The translations under genes were made by a program, and so were the position numbers. Under the pieces are notes generated by a model. That model was not told the DNA's origin. It saw only the letters and a program-made list of their open reading frames with translations, and did no database searches. From NCBI GenBank assembly GCA_026391695.1, contig JAPLDP010000068.1, forward strand, positions 4,305 to 68,304: a stretch of 64,000 bases of DNA, in the 5' to 3' direction. The first letter of the stretch is position 1, and each line of letters opens with the position of its first letter. Below are positions 28,947 to 39,403 of this stretch, in pieces. The DNA comes from Bacteroidota bacterium (GTDB lineage: Bacteria; Bacteroidota; Bacteroidia; Bacteroidales; JAGONC01).

Positions 28947-31130
28947 ATGAAACCCGATTTTTCTCAGATAAACATAGCTTCGCAAAAAGAGCCGGCCATA
29001 TCCAGCAAAGAATGGTGCGAAAAGCTTGGGATCAGGGAAGAGTGGAAAACTCCTGAACGGATACCTGTTAAAAGTGTTTATTTAAAAGATGATCTTCAGG
29101 GAATGGAGCACCTGCATTACGCTGCCGGATTGCCTCCTTTTCTAAGAGGCCCTTATTCCACCATGTATGTCATGCATCCCTGGACCATAAGGCAATATGC
29201 CGGATTTTCAACGGCTGAGGAGTCGAATGCATTTTACCGCCGTAATCTGGCCTCAGGTCAGAAAGGTCTTTCTGTTGCCTTTGACCTGGCCACCCACAGG
29301 GGTTATGACTCTGACCATCACAGGGTTATTGGTGATGTCGGCAAAGCCGGCGTAGCCATTGATTCGATTCTGGATATGAAGATTCTATTTGATCATATTC
29401 CACTGAGCCAAATGTCGGTTTCGATGACCATGAATGGCGCTGTGTTGCCAATACTTGCCTTTTATATTGTCGCGGCACTTGAACAGGGTGTACGCTATGA
29501 TCAGATGAGCGGAACCATTCAGAATGATATTCTAAAGGAGTTCATGGTGCGGAACACATACATTTATCCACCCCAGCCTTCTCTCCGTATTATTGCCGAT
29601 ATTTTCAGATTCACGGCCCAAAATATGCCGCGGTTTAACTCGATCAGCATCAGCGGATATCACATGCAGGAAGCAGGAGCCACGGCCGACATTGAACTGG
29701 CTTATACCCTTGCCGATGGACTGGAATACCTCAGGACTGGTATTAAGGCGGGATTGGACATTGATGATTTTGCACCCCGGATCTCCTTCTTCTGGGGTAT
29801 AGGCATGAATCACTTTATGGAGATTGCCAAGATGCGCGCAGCGCGAATGATCTGGGCAAAGATCGTCAAAGGATTCAATCCAAAAAATCCCAGGTCGATG
29901 GCATTAAGGACACATTGCCAGACCTCAGGCTGGAGCCTGACTGAGCAGGACCCGTTTAATAATATCACAAGAACCTGTGTTGAGGCCCTGGCCGCGGCCC
30001 TGGGGCATACCCAGTCGTTACACACAAATGCCCTTGATGAGGCTATAGCCCTTCCGACCGACTTCTCAGCTCGCATCGCACGTAATACTCAGATATATCT
30101 GCAGGAAGAAACGAATATCTGCAGAACAGTCGATCCATGGGCAGGATCTTATTATGTGGAATACCTCACGCATAATATAATCCGGCGGGCCTGGGATCTT
30201 ATTGAAGAGATTGAAGATTTGGGTGGCATGGCTAAAGCTATTGAAACAGGCCTTCCCAAGATGCGTATTGAAGAAGCTGCTGCCCGTAAGCAGGCACGCA
30301 TCGACTCGAATCAGGACATCATCGTTGGTGTAAATCAGTACCGCCCTGAAAAGGAAGAGCCCTTTGATACTCTTGAAGTAGATAATACTGCCGTCAGGGA
30401 ATCTCAGATAAAGCGGTTGCAGAAGCTAAAAGACGAACGACATGATGAAGAAGTGCAATTGGCGCTTGATGCTATTACAAAGGCTTGCGAAACCGGCGAA
30501 GGCAATCTCCTTGAACTGTCGGTTATTGCTGCTCAGAAGAGGGCAACACTTGGTGAAATATCTTATGCCTGTGAAAAGATCTTTGGAAGGTACAAGGCTG
30601 TGATACGTTCAATTTCAGGTGTTTATTCTGCAGAAGTGAAGGGTCATAAATTTTTTGGCAAAGCCTCCGAAATGGCCGATAAATTCGCAGAGTTAGAGGG
30701 CCGACGTCCTCGTATTATGGTGGCAAAAATCGGTCAGGACGGGCATGACCGTGGTGCCAAGGTAGTTGCTACCGGCTTTGCCGATTTAGGCTTTGATGTG
30801 GACATCGGACCTTTATTTCAAACCCCCGAGGAAGCTGCCCGCCAGGCAGTTGAAAACGATGTCCATATCATCGGCATCTCAAGTCTTGCCGCTGGACATA
30901 AAACCCTTGTGCCTAAAGTTATAGATGCCCTGAAAGATCAGGGACGCGAAGATATCATGGTCATTGTCGGTGGTGTAATACCACCGCAGGATTATGAATA
31001 TCTCTATAAAAAAGGTGTCGTGGCTATTTTCGGACCCGGCACAGTTATCTCGGAAAGTGGAATCAGGTTGCTTGAAATACTGATTGATGCGAAAAGGGAT
31101 CAGAATGATCAGTTAATGTCTGAAGTTTGA
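28947..31130 (+). CDS. mutB: methylmalonyl-CoA mutase large (alpha) subunit, B12-dependent
   Basis: [17 protein letters not shown] and [15 protein letters not shown] signatures. C-terminal B12-binding [11 protein letters not shown]. Confidence 0.95.
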   Translation: MKPDFSQINIASQKEPAISSKEWCEKLGIREEWKTPERIPVKSVYLKDDLQGMEHLHYAAGLPPFLRGPYSTMYVMHPWTIRQYAGFSTAEESNAFYRRNLASGQKGLSVAFDLATHRGYDSDHHRVIGDVGKAGVAIDSILDMKILFDHIPLSQMSVSMTMNGAVLPILAFYIVAALEQGVRYDQMSGTIQNDILKEFMVRNTYIYPPQPSLRIIADIFRFTAQNMPRFNSISISGYHMQEAGATADIELAYTLADGLEYLRTGIKAGLDIDDFAPRISFFWGIGMNHFMEIAKMRAARMIWAKIVKGFNPKNPRSMALRTHCQTSGWSLTEQDPFNNITRTCVEALAAALGHTQSLHTNALDEAIALPTDFSARIARNTQIYLQEETNICRTVDPWAGSYYVEYLTHNIIRRAWDLIEEIEDLGGMAKAIETGLPKMRIEEAAARKQARIDSNQDIIVGVNQYRPEKEEPFDTLEVDNTAVRESQIKRLQKLKDERHDEEVQLALDAITKACETGEGNLLELSVIAAQKRATLGEISYACEKIFGRYKAVIRSISGVYSAEVKGHKFFGKASEMADKFAELEGRRPRIMVAKIGQDGHDRGAKVVATGFADLGFDVDIGPLFQTPEEAARQAVENDVHIIGISSLAAGHKTLVPKVIDALKDQGREDIMVIVGGVIPPQDYEYLYKKGVVAIFGPGTVISESGIRLLEILIDAKRDQNDQLMSEV

Positions 31131-31150
31131 TTCTAGATTTATCTTAAGAT

Positions 31151-32920
31151 ATGAAATGGTTAGGATTTGGATTATTGTTTAGCGTGTTACAAACCCTGGC
31201 TCAGGAAGTAGACTGGTTTACTTTTTATGAGAAATCAGGTTATCTTGAAACACCCAGGTATATTGAAACCATTGATTACTGCAGGCGACTTGCAGATGCA
31301 TCGCCATGGATCGAATACACCAGCTTTGGTATCAGCCCGCAGGGAAGAGAACTGCCATTGCTGATAGCAGATAAAAACTCCCATTTTAATCCTAAGGAAG
31401 TAAGGAAATCAGGAAATATAATATTGCTCGTCCAGGCTTGCATACATCCGGGTGAGTCTGATGGTAAGGATGCCGGGTTGATGTTCTTCAGAGATATGGC
31501 TATCAATAAAAAACTTGCCGGACTACTCGACCACGTTACCATCCTGTTCATTCCGATTTTCAATGTTGACGGTCATGAACGTTTTAGCCATTATAATCGC
31601 ATTAACCAAAATGGCCCTGAAGAGATTGGCTGGCGGACAACAGCGCAGAACCTCAACCTTAACAGGGATTATCTGAAGGCTGATTCACCTGAGATGAAAG
31701 CCTGGCTTGACCTGTTCCAGCAATGGCTGCCCGACTTTTTTGTGGATATTCATGTGACAGATGGTGCGGATTATCAGTATGTTATGACATATGATGTGGA
31801 AACATCAGGAAATATGGATGTTGCTTTGACAGAATGGACTAAAAAGTCATTCATTCCTGCTTTTGAAGAGGGAATGGATAAATCCGGATATCTGGCATTT
31901 CCTTATGTCGCCTTCCGTAAATGGCACGATCCACGCAGCGGCATTATTGACAATGCAGGTTCCCCCAGATTTTCGCAGGGCTATACTGCCGTTCAGAACC
32001 GAATCGGCCTGCTGATCGAAAATCATATGCTTAAGAATTATAAAACAAGGGTATCCGGTTCATATGAGGCACTAAAGATTATTTGTGATATACTGAACAG
32101 GAATTATATTGAGGTGAAGAGGATGAATTTGCTGGCTGATCAGGCAGTAGCAAATCCTGAATTCCGTGAACAGGAATTTCCTGTCGATTTTAAAACAACG
32201 AATGATAGCATTATGGTCGAGTTCAGGGGACTGGAATATGAGGTGGTCAAAAGTGACCTGACTGGCGGTGACTGGTTTAAATACAGCAATATTCCAAAGA
32301 CATTCCTGATACCCTATTTTAATAGTCATAAGCCAAAAGTCACTGTAAAACTTCCGGAAGCTTATATCATCCCACCTGAATGGAAAGATGTCATCGAGCG
32401 GCTGGCATGGCATGGTATATCCTATTCTGTATTAAAAGATGATGCCACCATCAGGATACAATCCTATAAATTTACTGACATTAAATGGAGTAAATCATCT
32501 TATGAAGGGAGGTTATCTGTTCAGGTTAAGCCAGTTATCATTGACGATGTGAGGAGCTTTCCTGCCGGATCGGCAATAATTGATATGAATCAGCGTACAG
32601 CCAGAGTCATCGCGTATTTGCTGGAACCATCCTCACCTGATTCTTATGTATACTGGGGATTCTTTAATGCCATCTTCGAACAGAAGGAGTATTTTGAAAC
32701 TTATGTGATGGAAGAGATGGCCCGTAAGATGATAGAAGAAAATCCAGAGTTGAAGGCTGAATTTGATCAGAAAAAGGCCACAGATCCGGATTTTGCCCGA
32801 AGCCAGTGGGATATGCTCAATTGGTTTTACAGTAAAACACCTTACTGGGATCAGAAACTAAATATGTATCCGGTGGGAAGAATTGTCGATCGGACTGAGC
32901 TTGAGCAATTACTTAAATAA
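31151..32920 (+). CDS. M14 family metallocarboxypeptidase
   Basis: Signal peptide, zinc motif HPGESDG, and FIPIFNVDGHER. Confidence 0.8.
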   Translation: MKWLGFGLLFSVLQTLAQEVDWFTFYEKSGYLETPRYIETIDYCRRLADASPWIEYTSFGISPQGRELPLLIADKNSHFNPKEVRKSGNIILLVQACIHPGESDGKDAGLMFFRDMAINKKLAGLLDHVTILFIPIFNVDGHERFSHYNRINQNGPEEIGWRTTAQNLNLNRDYLKADSPEMKAWLDLFQQWLPDFFVDIHVTDGADYQYVMTYDVETSGNMDVALTEWTKKSFIPAFEEGMDKSGYLAFPYVAFRKWHDPRSGIIDNAGSPRFSQGYTAVQNRIGLLIENHMLKNYKTRVSGSYEALKIICDILNRNYIEVKRMNLLADQAVANPEFREQEFPVDFKTTNDSIMVEFRGLEYEVVKSDLTGGDWFKYSNIPKTFLIPYFNSHKPKVTVKLPEAYIIPPEWKDVIERLAWHGISYSVLKDDATIRIQSYKFTDIKWSKSSYEGRLSVQVKPVIIDDVRSFPAGSAIIDMNQRTARVIAYLLEPSSPDSYVYWGFFNAIFEQKEYFETYVMEEMARKMIEENPELKAEFDQKKATDPDFARSQWDMLNWFYSKTPYWDQKLNMYPVGRIVDRTELEQLLK

Positions 32921-33386
32921 GGGATGTCATTCCTTGTTCAAATTCCAGCAGCCACTTTTTCCTCCATAAACCTCCTCCATAGCCTGTTAAACTGCCATCG
33001 CTGCCAATCACACGATGGCAGGGGATGATGATGCTGACCGGATTCTTTCCGTTGGCTGAACCAACTGCACGAATGGATTTTATATCCCCAAGCTGTTTAG
33101 CCAGATCCATATAGGAGACGGTCTTACCAAACGGAATTTTCTGAAGTTCCTTCCAGACTTTTAGTTGAAAGGGTGTGCCGGTTAAATTCAGAGGTAATTC
33201 AAAGATCTTTCGCTTTCTGGTGAAGTACTCATCAATCTGGTGCATACATATTCTTAAAGCATCAGGTACAGGTTCATTCTTCTTCACTACATCTACAAAG
33301 TACAATGAACGTATACCTTTCTGATTACCTGATATTTCGACCATGCCAACAGGGGATTGATAATATGCAGTTAAATACTCATTCAT
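32913..33386 (-). CDS. ogt: methylated-DNA--protein-cysteine methyltransferase
   Basis: Active-site IIIPCHRVIGSDGSLTGYGGG. Confidence 0.95.
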   Translation of the reverse strand: MNEYLTAYYQSPVGMVEISGNQKGIRSLYFVDVVKKNEPVPDALRICMHQIDEYFTRKRKIFELPLNLTGTPFQLKVWKELQKIPFGKTVSYMDLAKQLGDIKSIRAVGSANGKNPVSIIIPCHRVIGSDGSLTGYGGGLWRKKWLLEFEQGMTSLI

Positions 33387-33403
33387 AATACATCTTAATT
33401 AAA

Positions 33404-34558
33404 TCAGGTTTTCAATATTTTCAATTTTATACTAAGAATTTCAGGCCTGTTACCGGTCCTTACCTGAGGCCCCCATGTGCCGACACCACATGACACATAG
33501 CAATGTGTGTCACCCTTTTTTTTATAACCCCAGCTGAGTTCGTAAATCATTCTTGTGATATAATTCAGCGGCCACATCTGGCCATGATGTGTATGGCCGG
33601 AAATGGACAGGTCGGCGCCACAGGTTGCTGCCTGGTCCAATTCAAAAGGTTGGTGATCGAGCAGGATGACTGGGAATGTTTTATCAACGCCCATCATGAT
33701 CTCGCTTAACTGTCGTCGTGTCTCCCCTGTAAAACGGGATTTATCCCGGTCATCACGACCTACAATATACAACCCGTTTTCGAGCTGGATCCACTCATCC
33801 CTCAATACCCTGATGCCATGTTCCTGTAGGTATTGGCATGCAGAGGTCACACCACCTATGTACTCGTGATTACCGGTGATTGCATAGATGCCCAGAGGTG
33901 CTTTCAGTTGCTTCAGGCATTCTCCAAGGTCGAACCTGATTACCGGTGCCAGATCCTCATCAACTACATCTCCGGCAAGAAGGATAATATCAGGATTTAG
34001 CCTATTGATGCTTTTAACAATTTTTTTTGCCATTCTGCCGGCAACTATATTTCCAAGGTGAATATCGGAGGCAACAGCAATAGTAAGAGATGATAAACCA
34101 ATAATAGGCTTATTGATAGAAATATCAAGTTTTCTTACACGCGGAATTCTTGCATTTATAAAGCCATAAATAATTATTACCAGAGAGGATGCTGCCGTAC
34201 CAACAAGAAAATTCCGTTCAAACGACAGGTCATAAGCAAAAGTGTAAGGTACAAATGTCGCCAGGTTCATCAGTTTAATCAGCTTGAGAAGGATTATCCC
34301 AAGGAATAAATAGAGCATAACAGCAAACCAGAAAGATCCGATGACCGTTAAAACATCACTGCATTTTGAACACCATAGTCTTCCAAGAATACGGGCAACA
34401 GGGTATATAAAAGCCAATGTCCAGAATATCAGTACATAAACCAGATAGACAGTCGTATTTGTGTCAAAAAATCCCTTACCTTGTGCAAAGAGGAAATAAT
34501 TGATCAGGGTGTAAAGGGCAATGATGAATGCAATAAATATAAGAAATTGTTTGCGCAT
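33404..34558 (-). CDS. membrane-anchored metallophosphoesterase
   Basis: Four N-terminal TM helices followed by the calcineurin-like motifs SDIHLG, GDVVDE, GNHEY and GHTHHGQ. Confidence 0.85.
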   Translation of the reverse strand: MRKQFLIFIAFIIALYTLINYFLFAQGKGFFDTNTTVYLVYVLIFWTLAFIYPVARILGRLWCSKCSDVLTVIGSFWFAVMLYLFLGIILLKLIKLMNLATFVPYTFAYDLSFERNFLVGTAASSLVIIIYGFINARIPRVRKLDISINKPIIGLSSLTIAVASDIHLGNIVAGRMAKKIVKSINRLNPDIILLAGDVVDEDLAPVIRFDLGECLKQLKAPLGIYAITGNHEYIGGVTSACQYLQEHGIRVLRDEWIQLENGLYIVGRDDRDKSRFTGETRRQLSEIMMGVDKTFPVILLDHQPFELDQAATCGADLSISGHTHHGQMWPLNYITRMIYELSWGYKKKGDTHCYVSCGVGTWGPQVRTGNRPEILSIKLKILKT

Positions 34559-34698
34559 CTCAACCGGATAATCAGAAACAATCTATCCTATGTATGTCGA
34601 ATTAATTAATCCTGGGCAACAGTAAGGCATTGAACAATAGTTTATAACTCCCCTGAGATAATCTGTAATCCAGAATTCATAGTGTATATATAATGTTA

Positions 34699-36297
34699 TT
34701 AAAATTTCTCATCATATTTGGTCCATAAAAAATCACCTGTTTCCCATGCTTTTTTGACTACCTTATTTCCCCAATCATTGGTATAACCGGTTAAGAAATT
34801 TTTTGTTTTCCCCGGATTATTTTGATCATATAAGTCCAGGGCCTGTTGTTCGATTTTTTTCTGGTTGTCGAATAGTTCTTTTTGCCAGGGGTCCCAGGCA
34901 GCTTCTACATCATGCCGCATGTCTCCCCATCGTTGTGCGGTGAGGGTTCCAAGATAATTAAATGCCCACCAGGCCGATTCTCTGGTAAAGCCCCTTGCTC
35001 TTCCGGGAGTTTTATAGGATTGTGGCAAATCGGTCACACCACAATAAATCGGAATATAAATGGATGTAGCCACATTATCAAGAGCGATCCATGCGACGCC
35101 ACCTATTTCATCGGGCAGCCAGTCCCTGCACTGTATAATGGTCGCATACATTGTGTACCAGCGGGCTATGGTGCGCTCACCCAGCCAGCCCCAACCACCA
35201 TTAATTTTAAGCATTTTATTCATGTCATAGGGCATGAAAGGATTAGCCAGTGGAGAAATAACGGTCATTCCTTTTTCATTGGTCACTGTGATATCTTTAG
35301 TCATATCGAAGGGTGTGCCTTCGTAATAGTCTTTGAAAATGGTGACGAGTTTCTCAAGGGATACAAGCTGGTCGGGTTTTATTGAGAAGGGAAAGTTTTC
35401 GGCATTGGGATCGAGTTTGAGAGAAGGGGCGAGCAGGTCGAAAACGCGCCATTCCCTTCGGCGTGAGGCGAAAGATGTGCGGCTTTCGGGCGCATAGGCA
35501 TAGCAGAATTCAAACTCCTTTTTTGATGTGCACCATCCGGAGTCTATGGCCATCGTAAAGATGTTTGCTGATGCCATATAATAATCCGGATCATTCAGAT
35601 TAATCATCCTGATCCTGCTGGCATTGGCATTAACGGCGATATGATCATCCGGAACACGTTGCGCGGCCCATATAGATCCTTTTTTTCCCTTTCCCGGGCC
35701 GACAATCTCAAAATGCCATACTTCCTTCTTATCGGCAATTGTAAGATACTCACCGGCGTCGATCCAGCCATATACTGCGGTCAATTCATCTGCCAGTTTT
35801 ATCGCTTCTCTTGCTGTCGAGCACCGCTCTAACATGATCTGGCACAAGTATTCGCAATCAATAAGGCCATTATCGGATTGTAAAACCTCCCTTCCTCCAA
35901 AAGTCGACTCACCTAGGGCAAGCTGATGATCATTAAGGCAGGGATATGCGGTATTGATGAATCCGTTGGTATGTGCTATCTGAGGTATGTCACCGTTTTT
36001 GATATACATATAGACCGGCATAGCCATGGTATCGCAGGGAGTACGCTTATAAACAGGGCACAGGCTTCCAGTGCCGTAATTTTTTGCCGGAATGATATCA
36101 ATCGAAGACTCAGTACGATGGCTATCATCAGTATGAGAAGTAATAACCGAGCCATCAATAGTAGCTGATCTTCCCACTGTAATTGATGTACAGCCATCCG
36201 GAAAACCATTCAACCAGTCAGATTTATCAACCTGAGCCTTTAATGGCAGATAATATACAAGAATCAATGATAAAAGACTACAAAAATTTTTTTTCAT
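34699..36297 (-). CDS. C69 family dipeptidase
   Basis: Signal peptide and N-terminal nucleophile region DGCTSITVGRSATIDGSV. The start is trimmed to the ATG at 36297 because the longer ORF would run into its own -7 box. Confidence 0.85.
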   Translation of the reverse strand: MKKNFCSLLSLILVYYLPLKAQVDKSDWLNGFPDGCTSITVGRSATIDGSVITSHTDDSHRTESSIDIIPAKNYGTGSLCPVYKRTPCDTMAMPVYMYIKNGDIPQIAHTNGFINTAYPCLNDHQLALGESTFGGREVLQSDNGLIDCEYLCQIMLERCSTAREAIKLADELTAVYGWIDAGEYLTIADKKEVWHFEIVGPGKGKKGSIWAAQRVPDDHIAVNANASRIRMINLNDPDYYMASANIFTMAIDSGWCTSKKEFEFCYAYAPESRTSFASRRREWRVFDLLAPSLKLDPNAENFPFSIKPDQLVSLEKLVTIFKDYYEGTPFDMTKDITVTNEKGMTVISPLANPFMPYDMNKMLKINGGWGWLGERTIARWYTMYATIIQCRDWLPDEIGGVAWIALDNVATSIYIPIYCGVTDLPQSYKTPGRARGFTRESAWWAFNYLGTLTAQRWGDMRHDVEAAWDPWQKELFDNQKKIEQQALDLYDQNNPGKTKNFLTGYTNDWGNKVVKKAWETGDFLWTKYDEKF

Positions 36298-36339
36298 ATT
36301 ATTATGGATTTTATTTTCTGAGTATTTCCAGTCGAAAAA

Positions 36340-36347
36340 CAAATATA
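36340..36347 (-). promoter_or_regulatory. -7 promoter box TATATTTG (minus strand)
   Basis: Exact TAnnTTTG match on the minus strand, 42 nt upstream of the ATG at 36297. Confidence 0.5.
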
Positions 36348-36424
36348 ATTAAATTAACATGTTTATGGTTTATCCTTTAAAAAATCACTCAAAATGCAAG
36401 CATTTCCAGTTTGATTATTTCATT

Positions 36425-36432
36425 TAACTTTG
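36425..36432 (+). promoter_or_regulatory. -7 promoter box TAACTTTG
   Basis: Exact TAnnTTTG match 22 nt upstream of the purF ATG (36455). Confidence 0.5.
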
Positions 36433-36454
36433 CAAAGTTCATAACCATCCTTCC

Positions 36455-38356
36455 ATGAGTGATCAGATCAAACATGAATGCGGTATTGCACTGATCCGTC
36501 TTCTTAAACCTCTTGAATTCTACCTGGCCAAGTATGGAACAACCTTATATGGATTTAACATGTTACACCTGCTTATGGAGAAACAACATAACCGTGGACA
36601 GGATGGTGCTGGCGTAGCTTGTGTTAAATTTGACCCTGAACCCGGCAATAAATATATCGACAGGATTCGTTCTAATACCGACAGTGCAGTTGATGATATC
36701 TTTAAAGAGTTCTATGATAAACTAAACTCAATTAATGAAAAGAACCCTAACCGGTTAAAGGATACTAACTGGTTAAAAAAGAATGTAGAATTTACGGGAG
36801 AATTATTATTGGGGCATCTTCGCTATGGAACCTATGGCATGCACAGCATTAAAAACCTGCATCCGGTTCAGCGTTATAATAACTGGATGACAAAAAACCT
36901 GGTGCTGGCCGGCAATTTTAACCTGACTAACGTCGATGAGCTCTTTGAAAAGCTGATCAGCTATGGGCAATATCCTATCGAAACCTCTGATACCATCACG
37001 ATTCTTGAAAAGATCGGTCATAATTTGGATGAAGAAAATGAACATCTCTACCGGAAATTCAAAAGGCAGGGGTATGATAAAAAAGATATCACTGAACAGA
37101 TTATTAAACAACTGAATATTCAAAAGATACTTAAGAAGGCCTGTGTTACTTGGGATGGGGGCTATGTAATTGCCGGTATGTTCGGGCATGGCGATGCTTT
37201 TGTTTTAAGAGATCCTGCGGGAATTCGGCCGGCATACTATTATTATGATGATGAGGTTGCAGTGGTTACATCTGAGCGGCCTGCTATTCAGACCACTTTC
37301 AATGTATCTTATGACAAGGTGCAGGAAATCCAACCCGGGCATGCACTGATTATCAAAAAGGGCGGGCAGATAGGTGAATTTCAGTGCATCACACCTGTAC
37401 GCAAGTCATCCTGCTCATTTGAGCGCATTTATTTCTCACGTGGTACCGATGCGGAGATATATCAGGAACGTAAGAATCTCGGTAAAGCACTATCCCCGGC
37501 CATTTTAAAAGCCATCGATTATGATCTGAAAAACACCGTTTTTTCTTACATTCCGAATACTGCCATTGATGCTTTTATTGGCCTGATTGAAGAATTGAAC
37601 GGGTTTTGTAACCAGGTAAAGAAAGATCAGATTCTCTTGCTCGGACAGAATACTTCATCCGAAAAGCTGGATGAAATTCTTAAACTCAGCCCTCGTATTG
37701 AAAAAGTGGCTGTAAAAGATATTAAACTTCGGACCTTTATCACCCAGGATCAGCGAAGAGATGATCTGGTAACCCATGTGTATGATATCACCTATGGTAC
37801 TGTTAAAAAGAATATTGATAACCTTGTGGTTATCGATGATTCAATTGTTCGCGGGACGACACTAAAACAAAGTATTATACGTATTTTAGATCGCCTGGGG
37901 CCTAAAAAGATTATCATAGCTTCTTCAGCACCTCAGATCAGGTACCCGGATTGTTATGGCATCGACATGGCGAAGATCAGTGATTTCATTGCTTTTAATG
38001 CAGCCATTGAACTTCTCAAGGAGAAAAATATGTCAAACATTATCAATATGGTATATAAAAAGTCAAAGGAGCAGGAGAAGCTGCCAAAAGAACAGATAGT
38101 AAATTATGTCAAGGAAATCTACAAACAATTTTCTGCTGAACAAATTGCTGATAAAATATCGGGAATGCTTACCACACCGGGGCTGAATGCCAAAGTGCAA
38201 ATCATATATCAAACCATCGATGATCTTCACCATGCTTGTCCAAATCACACAGGTGACTGGTATTTTACAGGTAATTATCCGACACCTGGAGGAAATAAAG
38301 TGGTCAATACAGCCTTTATCAATTATATAGAGGGGCGGAATGTCAGGGCTTATTAA
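36455..38356 (+). CDS. purF: amidophosphoribosyltransferase (long Bacteroidota-type)
   Basis: N-terminal nucleophile Cys in MSDQIKHECGI (class-II amidotransferase) and PRPP-binding loop VVIDDSIVRGTT. Confidence 0.9.
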   Translation: MSDQIKHECGIALIRLLKPLEFYLAKYGTTLYGFNMLHLLMEKQHNRGQDGAGVACVKFDPEPGNKYIDRIRSNTDSAVDDIFKEFYDKLNSINEKNPNRLKDTNWLKKNVEFTGELLLGHLRYGTYGMHSIKNLHPVQRYNNWMTKNLVLAGNFNLTNVDELFEKLISYGQYPIETSDTITILEKIGHNLDEENEHLYRKFKRQGYDKKDITEQIIKQLNIQKILKKACVTWDGGYVIAGMFGHGDAFVLRDPAGIRPAYYYYDDEVAVVTSERPAIQTTFNVSYDKVQEIQPGHALIIKKGGQIGEFQCITPVRKSSCSFERIYFSRGTDAEIYQERKNLGKALSPAILKAIDYDLKNTVFSYIPNTAIDAFIGLIEELNGFCNQVKKDQILLLGQNTSSEKLDEILKLSPRIEKVAVKDIKLRTFITQDQRRDDLVTHVYDITYGTVKKNIDNLVVIDDSIVRGTTLKQSIIRILDRLGPKKIIIASSAPQIRYPDCYGIDMAKISDFIAFNAAIELLKEKNMSNIINMVYKKSKEQEKLPKEQIVNYVKEIYKQFSAEQIADKISGMLTTPGLNAKVQIIYQTIDDLHHACPNHTGDWYFTGNYPTPGGNKVVNTAFINYIEGRNVRAY

Positions 38357-38379
38357 AACCTGTTGTCCTGAAGATGAGA

Positions 38380-38784
38380 TTAAACTAATTCTTCAAACGC
38401 CTGGTTGATCTGTGCGGCAATAACGATAAATTCTTCTTTTGACAGTTGTAAGGGTTGACGTTTAAAGTCCATATCATCCATGCTATTTAAAGGTATAAGA
38501 TGGATATGAGCATGAGGTATTTCCAAACCGACAACAGCCATCCCGACTCTTTGACAATCAATAACCTTTTCAAGTGATTTGGCTAGACGTTTTGAAAAGA
38601 CGAGCATTTTTTTGTAAAGTTCGTCATTGAGATCAAAGAGGTAGTCTATTTCAGTTTTGGTTACTATCAGCGTGTGCCCTTTTGCCAGGGGATGAATATC
38701 GAGGAATGCAAAAAAATAGTCATCCTCAGCAACTTTATAGGAAGGGATTTCGCCATTTACGATTTTAGAAAATATGGTTGCCAT
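38380..38784 (-). CDS. HIT family nucleotide hydrolase/transferase
   Basis: Histidine triad HAHIHLIP. Confidence 0.9.
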   Translation of the reverse strand: MATIFSKIVNGEIPSYKVAEDDYFFAFLDIHPLAKGHTLIVTKTEIDYLFDLNDELYKKMLVFSKRLAKSLEKVIDCQRVGMAVVGLEIPHAHIHLIPLNSMDDMDFKRQPLQLSKEEFIVIAAQINQAFEELV

Positions 38785-38808
38785 ATATCATCCGATTTAA
38801 TGTACATC

Positions 38809-38816
38809 CAAATATA
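38809..38816 (-). promoter_or_regulatory. -7 promoter box TATATTTG (minus strand)
   Basis: Exact TAnnTTTG match on the minus strand, 24 nt upstream of the HIT ATG (38784). Confidence 0.45.
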
Positions 38817-38822
38817 ATGAAA

Positions 38823-39296
38823 TTATCGTGAGATTTCGATGATCTCGAAAATGATTTTACCGGCAGGCACGATGATTTCAACTTTATCTCCCACTGTTTT
38901 CCCCAATAATCCCCTTGCAATTGGTGAATTTATAGAAATTTTACCTGTTTTAACATCAGCTTCATTTTCAGGTACCAGGGTATAGGTCATGATGGCATTG
39001 TTTTTCAGGTTCTTTAGTTTGATTTTTGATAAGATAAGCACTTTGGAATCATCCATTTTAGATTCATCAATAATTCTGGCGTTCAGTAGCACTTCTTTAA
39101 GTTTGGCTATCTTCATTTCCAGCATCTCCTGAGCATTTTTAGCTGCATCATATTCAGCGTTTTCGCTGAGATCGCCTTTATCTCTTGCCTCAGCGATAAG
39201 TTTGGAAATAGCAGGGCGTTCAACAGTGACCAGGTGTTCCAGTTCATCCTTCAGTTTTTTTAATCCCTGGGTGGTATAGTATTTAATTTCAGCCAT
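38823..39296 (-). CDS. greA: transcription elongation factor GreA
   Basis: Coiled-coil N-terminal domain with DLSENAEYDAAK and a C-terminal SPIARGLLGKTVGD motif. Confidence 0.95.
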   Translation of the reverse strand: MAEIKYYTTQGLKKLKDELEHLVTVERPAISKLIAEARDKGDLSENAEYDAAKNAQEMLEMKIAKLKEVLLNARIIDESKMDDSKVLILSKIKLKNLKNNAIMTYTLVPENEADVKTGKISINSPIARGLLGKTVGDKVEIIVPAGKIIFEIIEISR

Positions 39297-39328
39297 TTTA
39301 AAATGAATTATTTTTAAGTAAACGGATA

Positions 39329-39356
39329 AAACAACAAAAAGACCCAGAAAGGGTCT
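39329..39356 (-). terminator. intrinsic terminator closing the outer-membrane operon
   Basis: Stem AGACCC/GGGTCT (39340-39356) followed on the minus strand by TTTTGTTGTTTT. Confidence 0.65.
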
Positions 39357-39403
39357 TTTAAAAAGTTCAGAAAAAATATCCGGATTTTAAAGAATCTTTT
39401 TCA

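Noticed and set aside
36455-38356. The 633-aa PurF is much longer than the classic ~500-aa enzyme.
   Set aside because: The long form with an insertion between the amidotransferase and PRT domains is the usual Bacteroidota version. It is not evidence of a fusion or a novel function.
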